Notes: a model not told the origin generated them from the letters alone. A stretch of 64,000 nucleotides of DNA from Candidatus Bathyarchaeota archaeon (GCA_005888745.1 VBBS01000026.1:69424-133423); one strand, 5' to 3'. Counted from the first letter of the stretch, positions 16,785 through 24,920 are shown. Made by a program: numbers and translations.

Positions 16785-17241
16785 TACATCCATTACATAT
16801 GTCAAACATAACACAATCATCGGTTTCTTCAAGGGCTGTTCCAGTGGCTTGGCCAACAACCCGACTCTCCCGATATGAGGGAGACCCACGAATGACCCGT
16901 GCTCCGGTCCACTTCAAGAATTGAAGGAATGAACCAACCCGACGGGAACACCCGCCAATAAGTAGGTCAATCTCTCCTTCGTTCTGAAGGAAGGGAAGTT
17001 TGTCGACTCTTCGATAGCGTGGCTTGGAGAATGGAACGCCTTGAAGCTTGTAGAAGCCGTTGAGAACGTTCGACGCAATCTCCTTGGTTCCGAGGGACCA
17101 TTCCAATGTTGCGAGGTACGCTTTGACCCCCTCGACATCCGCGAGGTCGCAGTGTTTGGAGAGCCGCCGAAGTATTCTAACGGACCGGTCAATACTCGAC
17201 TCTCGATATCCATTCTTCCGTAGGTGAAACCCGTATTCCAC
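16762..17241 (-). pseudogene. Truncated tyrosine recombinase/integrase (N-terminal SAM-like domain and start of the catalytic domain only)
   Basis: ...SSIDRSVRILRRLSKH...VKAYLA...YRRVDKLPFLQNEGEIDLLIGGCSRRVGSFLQFLKWTGAR, after which it diverges and stops. The downstream catalytic H-x-x-R and Tyr regions are absent. It starts 34 nt from the 3' end of tRNA-Leu. Confidence 0.65.
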
Positions 17242-17275
17242 AACCTTTCCGATAGAAAGTTCGTAGGTTGGGGAA

Positions 17276-17390
17276 TGGTGCGGGAGGTGGGATTCGAACC
17301 CACGAACCCCTACGGGACAGGCGCCTCAGGCCTGCGCTTCCACGACCCTCGAATCAAAGGATCTCTTTGACCTGGCTTGGCAACTCCCGC
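17276..17390 (-). tRNA. tRNA-Leu (anticodon GAG) with a 27-nt D-arm intron and an encoded CCA
   Basis: Acceptor GCGGGAG/CTCCCGC, T-arm GTGGG-TTCGAAT-CCCAC, variable arm TCCCGTAGGGGTTC, anticodon arm CAGGC-CTGAGGC-GCCTG, discriminator A. The D-arm GCC...GGC forms only after removing 17338..17364. Confidence 0.85.
17338..17364 (-). other. tRNA-Leu intron (27 nt), non-canonical, in the D-arm
   Basis: RNA sequence AGAUCCUUUGAUUCGAGGGUCGUGGAA. Intron hairpin GAUCC/GGGUC, bulges AGA and AAG around a partly paired 4-nt helix UCAA/GUGG. The cuts fall after the 2nd bulge nucleotide. Confidence 0.65.
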
Positions 17391-17530
17391 AATACCAAGT
17401 CTCCCGTATCGCAATGGAGGAGATGCAAGGCCCTAATTGGCTTTCCCCGCATCCACTCAAACCGCGTCTCGATCAAGAGTACTGGAAAAACGTTTAATTC
17501 CGCCGCGACCGGTTCCCACAAACGCTTAGA

Positions 17531-17546
17531 CTAGAGCATGCTCTAG
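17531..17546. repeat. Perfect 16-nt palindrome CTAGAGCATGCTCTAG upstream of rpl15
   Basis: Self-complementary by inspection, about 30 nt upstream of the rpl15 ATG. Confidence 0.8.
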
Positions 17547-17577
17547 CAGCCAAAAAACATACACGCGAACCCCGGCC

Positions 17578-18024
17578 ATGACTACATCGAAGAGAAAAAC
17601 ACGAAAACTCAGAGGATCTAGATGCCACGGATGGGGACGCTCAGGCCAACACCGAGACTCCGGAATGCTAGGCGGACACGGCAACGCAGGCTGGAAACGT
17701 CACAAATGGTCCGCGGTCATACGTTACGACCTTCAGATGGGAAGCAGAGGCTTCCACCCCGTCAGGCAAAAGATAACCAACGCGATCAACGTCGGCGACC
17801 TCGTTCTCCAGCTAGACCGGTTGATAGAGGAGGGCTCCGCCAAACAAGCCGGCAACATGGTCGAAGTTGACCTCGGAAAAGCAGGATACCAGAAACTGCT
17901 GGGAAATGGCGGGATAAGCCAGCCGCTAAGAATAATTGTTGCAGGGACCTCCGAACGTGCCCAAGAAAAGATCGGAAGGGCAGGCGGAGAAATCGTCCTC
18001 CCAACAAAGAAAAAAGAGGACTGA
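17578..18024 (+). CDS. rpl15: 50S ribosomal protein uL15
   Basis: RKLRGSRCHGWGRSGQHRDSGMLGGHGNAG matches uL15. It precedes secY as in the spc operon. Confidence 0.9.
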   Translation: MTTSKRKTRKLRGSRCHGWGRSGQHRDSGMLGGHGNAGWKRHKWSAVIRYDLQMGSRGFHPVRQKITNAINVGDLVLQLDRLIEEGSAKQAGNMVEVDLGKAGYQKLLGNGGISQPLRIIVAGTSERAQEKIGRAGGEIVLPTKKKED

Positions 18025-18030
18025 TCGCTA

Positions 18031-19507
18031 ACGGTCAGGTTCATAGAACTATTCCAACCCCTGACCAGAATACTCCCCGGAGTAAGATCACCAACAAGAG
18101 ACGTCGGCTTCACCGAGAAACTGATCTGGACAGCGATCACACTCGTCGTCTATCTTATAATGGCCGAGACCCCGATCTACGGAATCACTCACACCGGCAA
18201 CATCAACGACCAGTTCGGCCCCCTACGGGTCATCTTCGCATCAAACCGTGGAACACTAGTCGAGCTTGGAATCGGGCCCATAGTCACAGCCGGTCTAATA
18301 CTCCAAGTCCTCTCCGGCTCAAAGATGATCAACGTCGACTTCACAAATCCAGCCGACAGAGCCCTGTTCACCGGCGCCAGCAAAGTACTATCCGTCTTCA
18401 TGACGATCTTCGAAGGAATAGCCTTCCTGATAGAGCAGCACTGGACAGCTAATCACGCCTAGTCTACAATCTCAATTCCTGATCCTCGTCCAGCTCGTCG
18501 TCGCAGGAGTCGTTATCATCCTCCTCGATGAGATGCTGCAGAAAAAATGGGGATTCGGCAGCGGAATAAGTCTGTTCATAGCAGCTGGCGTCTGCCTCTC
18601 CATAGTCTGGAGCACCATCGGACCAATATCACCAGTGTCAGATGGAAAATACCTTGGCGCGATCTTCGCCTTCGCCCAGTCCATAGGACCAGCGCTATCG
18701 AACCCGGGAAGCTTCCTCGCATGGCAGAGCGCCCTCTACCGAGGCGGAAGCGGGCTTCCAGACATGATCGGACTCTTCACGACACTAGGAGTATTCATCC
18801 TCATAATCTACCTCAACGGACTACGCGTCGAAGTCCCAGTCTCATACGCCAGATACCGAGGCTTCAGAGGACGCTTCCCCATCAAGTTCTTCTACGTATC
18901 CAACATACCTGTCATCTTCGCCGCCGCCTTATTCGGAAACATCTTCTTCATCGGACAACTACTCTTCCAAAGATACAACCCTACGTGTTCCAGCACGGGA
19001 CTGAACTTCTGGCTAAGCCTATTCCCAGGCTGTTTTGTTCCCACTAGCTCAACCAACCAGCAACTTGTCCCCAGCAAAGGACTTGCTTACTACACCTTCG
19101 CCCCCAGATCGATAACTGTCGTCCTGCAGGATCCCATTAGAGCCGCAGTTTACATGGGCATCTTCGTCATAGCCTGCGTCTTCTTCGCCATCACGTGGGT
19201 CGAGGTAGGCGGAATGGACTCGAAGACCGTCGCGAAGCAACTGATCGACTCCGGAATGCAAGTAGAAGGATTCCGACGCTCCGGCACCACCATAAGACAG
19301 ATCCTCGACCGGTACATTCCAACCGTGACCGTTATCGGAGGAATCGTTATCGGCACAATCGCTGCAGGCGCAGACTTTCTCGGCGCCTTTGGCACGGGAA
19401 CAGGAATCCTACTGACCGTAGGCATCATCGAACAATACTACGAGATACTAGTCAAAGAGAGAATTACCGAAATATACCCTGGAGTCAAGGGATTCCTCGG
19501 ACAGTGA
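18031..19507 (+). CDS. secY: Preprotein translocase SecY (SecY/Sec61alpha), with an unresolved start and an apparent +1 frameshift near 18433
   Basis: Frame 1 (to 18462) encodes ...FTEKLIWTAITLVVYLIMAETPIYGI...LGIGPIVTAGLILQVL...FEGIAFLI. Frame 2 (from 18434) encodes SSTGQLITPSL...LDEMLQKKWGFGSGISLFIAAGV... through to the C-terminus. The conserved N-terminus lies upstream of the first ATG (18160). Confidence 0.85.
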
Positions 19508-19516
19508 GCGAGGGAA

Positions 19517-20107
19517 TTGTCACGCACTATAATAGTAGCAGGGATACCCGGGGTCGGCAAGACCACCGTTCTACAAGAACTGGAGACCGTCGCACGCGAA
19601 AAGAACATCCCATTGAAGATCGTCAATTTTGGAAACGTAATGAACGAGCTCTTCAAGAAACGCGGAAAGACAGTTCATCGTGACCATATGCGCCGCCAAG
19701 ATCTCGAACTCCAAGGTAAGGTCCAAGAGCAGGCCGCGCGCGAAATCGGAAAGGCTGGAGGTAAATCTGCTCTGGTCGTAGATACTCACATGTTCGTGAG
19801 GACCAAGGATGGAATCTGGCCAGGAACGCCGCGAAGAGTCTTGGAAGCGCTTGACCCTGGTCTGATTATCTTGATCGAAGCCGACCCCGAGGACATTGCC
19901 AGGAGAAGGAATGCCGACCGAACGCGCGAAAGAGACAGCAAGACCGTAGACGAGGCAAGGACAGACCTGGAGTGGTCGAGATATATGGCGAGCGCGAATG
20001 CTGTCCTGGCGGGTGCTCCCATCCAAATAGTTTTGAATCCTGATGGACATCAGAGGCGAGCGGCAGAAGATTTGTTGGCGCTAATTCAGAAGCGGACCCT
20101 ACAATGA
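19517..20107 (+). CDS. adkA: Adenylate kinase, archaeal type
   Basis: IIVAGIPGVGKTT P-loop, with length and position after secY as expected. TTG start. Confidence 0.85.
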   Translation: MSRTIIVAGIPGVGKTTVLQELETVAREKNIPLKIVNFGNVMNELFKKRGKTVHRDHMRRQDLELQGKVQEQAAREIGKAGGKSALVVDTHMFVRTKDGIWPGTPRRVLEALDPGLIILIEADPEDIARRRNADRTRERDSKTVDEARTDLEWSRYMASANAVLAGAPIQIVLNPDGHQRRAAEDLLALIQKRTLQ

Positions 20108-20658
20108 CTTTCATCGACGACATTCTGAACACCTTGGCTGCGCCTCTTCGTCAGTATAGTCATCCCCCCTCCGCGACCCTCATGGTGCTTGGCGCGGCGA
20201 TCGTTCTATCGCTAATTACAATGTCTGCCAACCGGTTTCTCGTGAATTACAGGATGATTGCTAACTCAAGGCGGGAGTATATGGCCTGGACGGGTGCAGT
20301 GCGGAAAGCCAAGAAAGAGGGGGACGAGAAGGCGCTCGAGAAGCTAATGAGACGTCAGTCGGCCATGATGAAGATGAGCTCGCGATCAACTTTCGAGCAG
20401 TTTAAGACATACCCGATTACGATCATTCCTTTTCTCTTGATCTATTATACAGTCGTCACGGCGATTGGCTCGATTCCCGTGGCGTACGCGCCGCTCGTTC
20501 TACCATTCACAACGACAACAGGCAACGGAATGTTCTCAGTACTGTCCCTGTTCTACTGGTATCTAATCTGCTCATTTGCTCTGAGCATTCCATTGTCAAG
20601 GTTGTTTGGAGTCCAATCTTCGTTCTCGATGACCCCAACAACAGGGGAATCAAGTTGA
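20104..20658 (+). CDS. DUF106/EMC3-like membrane protein (archaeal Oxa1/YidC-superfamily candidate)
   Basis: Three TM segments with a charged coiled middle region (KKEGDEKALEKLMRRQSAMMKM). It sits in the conserved position after adk. ATGA overlap. Confidence 0.6.
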   Translation: MTFIDDILNTLAAPLRQYSHPPSATLMVLGAAIVLSLITMSANRFLVNYRMIANSRREYMAWTGAVRKAKKEGDEKALEKLMRRQSAMMKMSSRSTFEQFKTYPITIIPFLLIYYTVVTAIGSIPVAYAPLVLPFTTTTGNGMFSVLSLFYWYLICSFALSIPLSRLFGVQSSFSMTPTTGESS

Positions 20659-20927
20659 CGCGACCATCGCAGAGGACAAGCGGGCGCCGAAAAAAGGTGC
20701 TTACATTGCCGTCTGGTGTTCGAACTATCCACTTTGAAGCAAAGGCGCACCGCAGCGCGCAATGTTCGCGATGTGGAGCTGAGTTGCATGGAGTGGTGAC
20801 AGGAAGACCGGTCGGAGTGCCAAAGAGCTCGCGCGTTCCATCCCGTCCATTTGGTGGGGTGCTGTGTGGCAACTGTTTGGCGTCTGAGATTAGACGGGTT
20901 GCCCGCGTGTCAGGGTCCATCGATTGA
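20655..20927 (+). CDS. rpl34e: 50S ribosomal protein eL34
   Basis: RPSQRTSGRRKKVLTLPSG...CSRCGAELHGV matches eL34. TTGA overlaps on both sides. Confidence 0.85.
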   Translation: MTRPSQRTSGRRKKVLTLPSGVRTIHFEAKAHRSAQCSRCGAELHGVVTGRPVGVPKSSRVPSRPFGGVLCGNCLASEIRRVARVSGSID

Positions 20928-21520
20928 TTGTGACCGTTAGCGGGCCACACGGGTCCGGCAAGTCCACATACGCGGCGAAACTCGCGGGATCACTCGGTCT
21001 CCACCACGTGTCTGCTGGAATGCTGTTTAGGAAGCTAGCCGATGAGAGGAGGGTTTCACTGGAAAGATTCCAGGAGATGGCTGCTGCCGACCCGAGTATC
21101 GACCGGTTGGTAGATGAGAGGACCATGCTGGAGGCGGAGAGAGGTGACGTAGTAGTTGATGGTCAGCTAGCAGGGTGGGTATTGAAGGAGATTTCCGACC
21201 TCAGGATCTTGTTAACAGCACCTTTGGTGGTGAGGCTGGAGAGGATAGCCGCGCGAGACCGCATTAATCTCGAGGAGGCGCGGAGACAGACACTGCACAG
21301 GGAAGCTGTCCAAGCTGAGAGATATCGGAAGCATTACGGATTCAGCGTAGATGACTGGTCGATTTACCACCTAGCCCTCGATACAAGTTTCGGTTCTATA
21401 GAGGACACTGCTAAGATCCTTCTTGCCGCAGCTGTCACCGCCAAGAACGCTAAGACAGGGAAGAGCCTTGAGAAGAATCCGGCACCCCAGCCTATTCCGG
21501 CAGGCGCTAATCGGCCATAA
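20924..21520 (+). CDS. cmk: Cytidylate kinase, archaeal type
   Basis: VTVSGPHGSGKST P-loop and LAGSLGLHHVSAGMLFR. It sits in the conserved position after rpl34e. Confidence 0.8.
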   Translation: MIVTVSGPHGSGKSTYAAKLAGSLGLHHVSAGMLFRKLADERRVSLERFQEMAAADPSIDRLVDERTMLEAERGDVVVDGQLAGWVLKEISDLRILLTAPLVVRLERIAARDRINLEEARRQTLHREAVQAERYRKHYGFSVDDWSIYHLALDTSFGSIEDTAKILLAAAVTAKNAKTGKSLEKNPAPQPIPAGANRP

Positions 21521-21663
21521 ACGAAACCCATCATGGCAAAGTCGGGTCCGGTTAAGGGAGCTTGGTGGCCCCGGGCGACTCTCCCTCGGAGCCATCGTCC
21601 CGTAACAGCATGCTCATGCCGGGGATCAATGCCATTTCGCATGCCCTCCGGGGATGAACGGAT

Positions 21664-22296
21664 CTGGCAGTACAGAGCACAGAGCTAGTAGTTGAAGAGA
21701 CAGGGAGTCGAGGCGCTGAACTCGTCTTTGGCTCCATAGACGGCCTATTCTCCGTCCTTGGAATCATATCAGCCGCGGGTTCTGCAGCATTGATACCCGT
21801 CCAGATTTTCGCAACGGGCGTAGGCGGAGCGGTTGCGGGCGCGCTATCGGTTTTTGCAGCAGTCTACCTATCGGAAACGCATGAGAAGAAGACTCAATTG
21901 CTGGAGGCGATAACGCGGACAAATCGGCAGCGGTCAAGACAAACAAATGGCAGCAAGAAAAAACCAGTCCCTATTACCACAGAGCATCCGAAGGTCCATC
22001 GATTGGTAGGAAAGATCAACAGGAGAGCTCTAGGCTCCGGAATAGTTACAGCAATTACCTCCGCTCTTGCTTCACTGGTACTTCTGTTCCCACTAGTACT
22101 CTTCCCCGAAACTTATGCGGTAACGGCGTCCATAGTCATCGGAGTCATGATGCTCTTCTTGCTGGGAGCATTCCGAGGAATCACCCTGAAACAGTCAGCA
22201 GCGAAATCAGCAATGAAAATGGTAGTCCTAGGAATTCTCGTAGTCCTGGCGAGTAAGCTCCTCGGATCCTACGTCCTGAAGCTCGTAACCAAGTAG
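21664..22296 (+). CDS. VIT1/CCC1-family (Fe/Mn transporter-like) membrane protein, start inferred at CTG
   Basis: GAELVFGSIDGLFSVLGIISAAG is the family N-terminal motif. It lies upstream of the first TTG (21790) with no ATG/GTG/TTG after the in-frame stop at 21655. Confidence 0.55.
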   Translation: MAVQSTELVVEETGSRGAELVFGSIDGLFSVLGIISAAGSAALIPVQIFATGVGGAVAGALSVFAAVYLSETHEKKTQLLEAITRTNRQRSRQTNGSKKKPVPITTEHPKVHRLVGKINRRALGSGIVTAITSALASLVLLFPLVLFPETYAVTASIVIGVMMLFLLGAFRGITLKQSAAKSAMKMVVLGILVVLASKLLGSYVLKLVTK

Positions 22297-23283
22297 CTAC
22301 GGAACGCCATCTGCGAGAATCTTTCCCAGCTTCGAAGAATCAATATTGCCGCCGGACACGATGCATACAATTTTGCCAGGCCCAGCCTTGCCTGTCATGG
22401 CCGCGGCAACGGATGCCGCTCCAGCGCCTTCCGCAACGATCCTGTTGCGTTCTATCAATAGCTTGACAGCGATAGTAATATCCGAGAGAGAAACGACCAA
22501 GGGAAGGAGCAGGTTTCTTGCTCGCTCCCACATCTCGGGCAGAACGCTCTTTCCGCCGATACCATCAACAAAACTGGGAACCCTCTCGATCTCCTGGGCT
22601 GAACCAGCTGCGAAAGAAGCAGACAGTGGCGCCGCGGTTTCAGGCTCTACAGCGTAGAATCGGGTCTGGGGCCTCTTCGCGCGGATTGCCGAGGCGATAC
22701 CTACGGAAAGTCCTCCGCCACCGAACGGTATGACGACCGAGTCGACATCAGGCAGATCTTCCAAGACCTCTAGTCCAGCAGTTCCGTTTCCTGCCATCAT
22801 TCGAGTATCCGCAAACGGATGGATGAACACCGAGCCGTCGAGAGGAGGATAACGATGAGTTACAACTACCTTCCAGACATCGTCAAACGAAGCCTGGATG
22901 ATCTTTGCACCAAATCGCCTGATTGCTTCGAGCTTGGTCCTGGGAGCGTTGTCCGGGACGATTACTGTGCATGGAATATTGTTTTGACGGGCTTGCCAGG
23001 CCAGTGCCTGGGCCATGTTTCCGGCGCTGCAAGTGTAAACTCCGCGCTTCTTGGCATCTGGACCCGCAAGAGCGATCGCATTGCTGGCGCCTCGAACCTT
23101 AAAGGAGCCGGTGGGCTGCAAATTCTCTAGTTTCAGAAAGATTTCTGCTGGTACGTCGTCAACATTCAAGCGGACGAGAGGCGTTCGTAGGACTGCGCCT
23201 CGGATGCGTTCTCGGGCCTCTTCGATCAGTTTCAAGGGTATTAAGCCGGGAATCTCTGAGCCCGAGGTGGCATTATGCTGCAC
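22297..23283 (-). CDS. Threonine ammonia-lyase / serine-threonine dehydratase (PLP fold type II)
   Basis: KLENLQPTGSFKVRGA carries the PLP lysine motif, with the glycine loop GGGGLSVG. Confidence 0.8.
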   Translation of the reverse strand: MQHNATSGSEIPGLIPLKLIEEARERIRGAVLRTPLVRLNVDDVPAEIFLKLENLQPTGSFKVRGASNAIALAGPDAKKRGVYTCSAGNMAQALAWQARQNNIPCTVIVPDNAPRTKLEAIRRFGAKIIQASFDDVWKVVVTHRYPPLDGSVFIHPFADTRMMAGNGTAGLEVLEDLPDVDSVVIPFGGGGLSVGIASAIRAKRPQTRFYAVEPETAAPLSASFAAGSAQEIERVPSFVDGIGGKSVLPEMWERARNLLLPLVVSLSDITIAVKLLIERNRIVAEGAGAASVAAAMTGKAGPGKIVCIVSGGNIDSSKLGKILADGVP

Positions 23284-23346
23284 GAACGGTCAGTCATCCG
23301 GTGTTATCTCTCAACTCTTAAAGACCGAAGAAGAGGAACCGACCGG

Positions 23347-23748
23347 CCGATTTGTATGATGAAGGAAGCTGTGAAAACGGGCCCTGCGCCGCTGGGTCTT
23401 CCTTTCTCGCCTGCAGTCAGGTTTGGAGAATTGTTGTTTGTCTCTGGACAGGGGCCAATCGACAAGAACGGAAAAGTCATTCCGGGAGATATCAGAGCCC
23501 AGACGAAGGTTACTCTGGAGAATTTCAAGAGGATCTTGGAATCTGCAGGGTCCAATATGGACTGCGTACTCCAGACGACAGTCTACTTGAGGGATCTAGT
23601 AGAGTATTCTGGAATGAACGAGGTCTATTCCACCTTCTTCCATGATCCCAGGCCCGCGAGGACGACCATCCAGGCCGGCGATCTGCTCTTTGGGATGAAG
23701 GTGGAGGTCCAAGGCATGGCTCATGTCCCAGAGAAGCCGAAAGGGTAA
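23347..23748 (+). CDS. ridA: RidA/YjgF/L-PSP family reactive-intermediate deaminase
   Basis: PFSPAVRFGELLFVSGQ, TTVYLRDL and ARTTIQAG...VEVQ match the RidA family. Start taken at ATG 23347 rather than the 23275 ORF extension. Confidence 0.8.
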   Translation, partial: PICMMKEAVKTGPAPLGLPFSPAVRFGELLFVSGQGPIDKNGKVIPGDIRAQTKVTLENFKRILESAGSNMDCVLQTTVYLRDLVEYSGMNEVYSTFFHDPRPARTTIQAGDLLFGMKVEVQGMAHVPEKPKG

Positions 23749-23778
23749 CCGTTAACAGCGGTTTCAGGAGGGTCGTTC

Positions 23779-24117
23779 CTGAAGGAGCTCAAACACCAGT
23801 TTCTCTATCTCACCACTGAAGGCTGGAAGACCAAGGCACCTCACAGAATCGAAATCTGGTATGTACGACATCAAGGACGATTCTATCTCGTCTCGCAATT
23901 CCGGGACGAGGCTCACTGGGTGCGGAACATCAAGAACCACCCCGGAATCTCGTTCGAGGTGGACAGCGACGAGTACTTGGGACTCGGCCGGATCATCGAT
24001 CCGGATGATGAGCCCGAACTGGCCAAGAAGGTTTCGGAGCTGATGGAGGCCAAGTATCAATGGAGCGATGGACTAATCGTAGAACTTCGACCTGAACCCG
24101 GAGCTATTCAGAAATAA
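23779..24117 (+). CDS. Split-barrel flavin/deazaflavin-binding protein (DUF385/PPOX-like), start inferred at CTG
   Basis: LYLTTEGWKTKAPHRIEIWYVRHQGRFYLVS...WVRNIKNHPGISFEV. The first canonical start (GTG 23920) is mid-domain. GGAGGG lies 6 nt before CTG 23779. Confidence 0.55.
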   Translation: MKELKHQFLYLTTEGWKTKAPHRIEIWYVRHQGRFYLVSQFRDEAHWVRNIKNHPGISFEVDSDEYLGLGRIIDPDDEPELAKKVSELMEAKYQWSDGLIVELRPEPGAIQK

Positions 24118-24241
24118 CTCTCCCGAGTTTCCCTCAAGTTCAAAGAATCTGGAACAACAGACTCTCGTTTTGTTCACCGTATCCCAGGTCAAGGGTCTGT
24201 CCTTATATCAATGACTCAACACGTTTTTCCAGGGAACGGTA

Positions 24242-24691
24242 TTGACGGTTTCAAGCCAGCTTTCCACCGACAAGAGCGTCGAGCTCGTTGAGTTTCAACG
24301 CTTGAAGGGTTTATCGGACAACGGAGCGCGCGAGGCTCTCGCGAAAGACCTGGGAGTCGTATATGTGACGGCGATCACAAGAGACGGCTGTTCAGGTTGC
24401 ATGGAGCAGAAACCATTGTTCAAGGAGCTTGCCAGAAAGATGACTTCGGATCTTGCTGAAAGAGTCCACTTCTCTAATGTTCATGTTCGTTATGCGGACA
24501 GTGACAGGGCGGAGTCTTCGGAGAGCAAGAGCGTGTTTCGACACGCCGCGTATCCAACGTATTTGGTGCACGTAAGATCAAGAAAGGGTGTTCTCGAAGT
24601 CTTCAGGGCAGTGTACCCGACAATGGAGGAGTTGGAGAGGCAGACGCGGGAATCGCTGGACCTGGCGGAGTTCTACAAGGACGAAGCTTAG
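24242..24691 (+). CDS. Thioredoxin-fold protein (CxxC)
   Basis: VYVTAITRDGCSGCMEQKPLFKEL resembles a thioredoxin-like CxxC active site. Confidence 0.4.
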   Translation: MTVSSQLSTDKSVELVEFQRLKGLSDNGAREALAKDLGVVYVTAITRDGCSGCMEQKPLFKELARKMTSDLAERVHFSNVHVRYADSDRAESSESKSVFRHAAYPTYLVHVRSRKGVLEVFRAVYPTMEELERQTRESLDLAEFYKDEA

Positions 24692-24704
24692 AGTCGAGAA
24701 ACCT

Positions 24705-24920
24705 CTAGCGCATCGCGGCCTCAAGATCATACAGACCCGTGAGGGCATCTTGTACCCCGTGGTTGTGGAATAATCTGAAGAACCCGCCCAGAACAAGGAA
24801 TAAGCCCCCGAGCTGTAGGCTCAGAACCGCTCTGGAGTAGCCAAGCGTTCGGGAACCTAGGAGAAGGGACGAGAGCACTAGGGCGAGGCCGAGGAACGCG
24901 ACTATCTTGGTCTTGAGCAT
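24705..24920 (-). CDS. Hypothetical small two-TM membrane protein
   Basis: 71 aa with two hydrophobic helices. Confidence 0.3.
   Translation of the reverse strand: MLKTKIVAFLGLALVLSSLLLGSRTLGYSRAVLSLQLGGLFLVLGGFFRLFHNHGVQDALTGLYDLEAAMR

Noticed and set aside
18022-18024. Readthrough of the rpl15 TGA to produce an L15-SecY fusion.
   Set aside because: The shared frame has a 1-in-3 chance of occurring by accident. No recoding signal is recognisable, and a fusion of these two proteins is biologically implausible.
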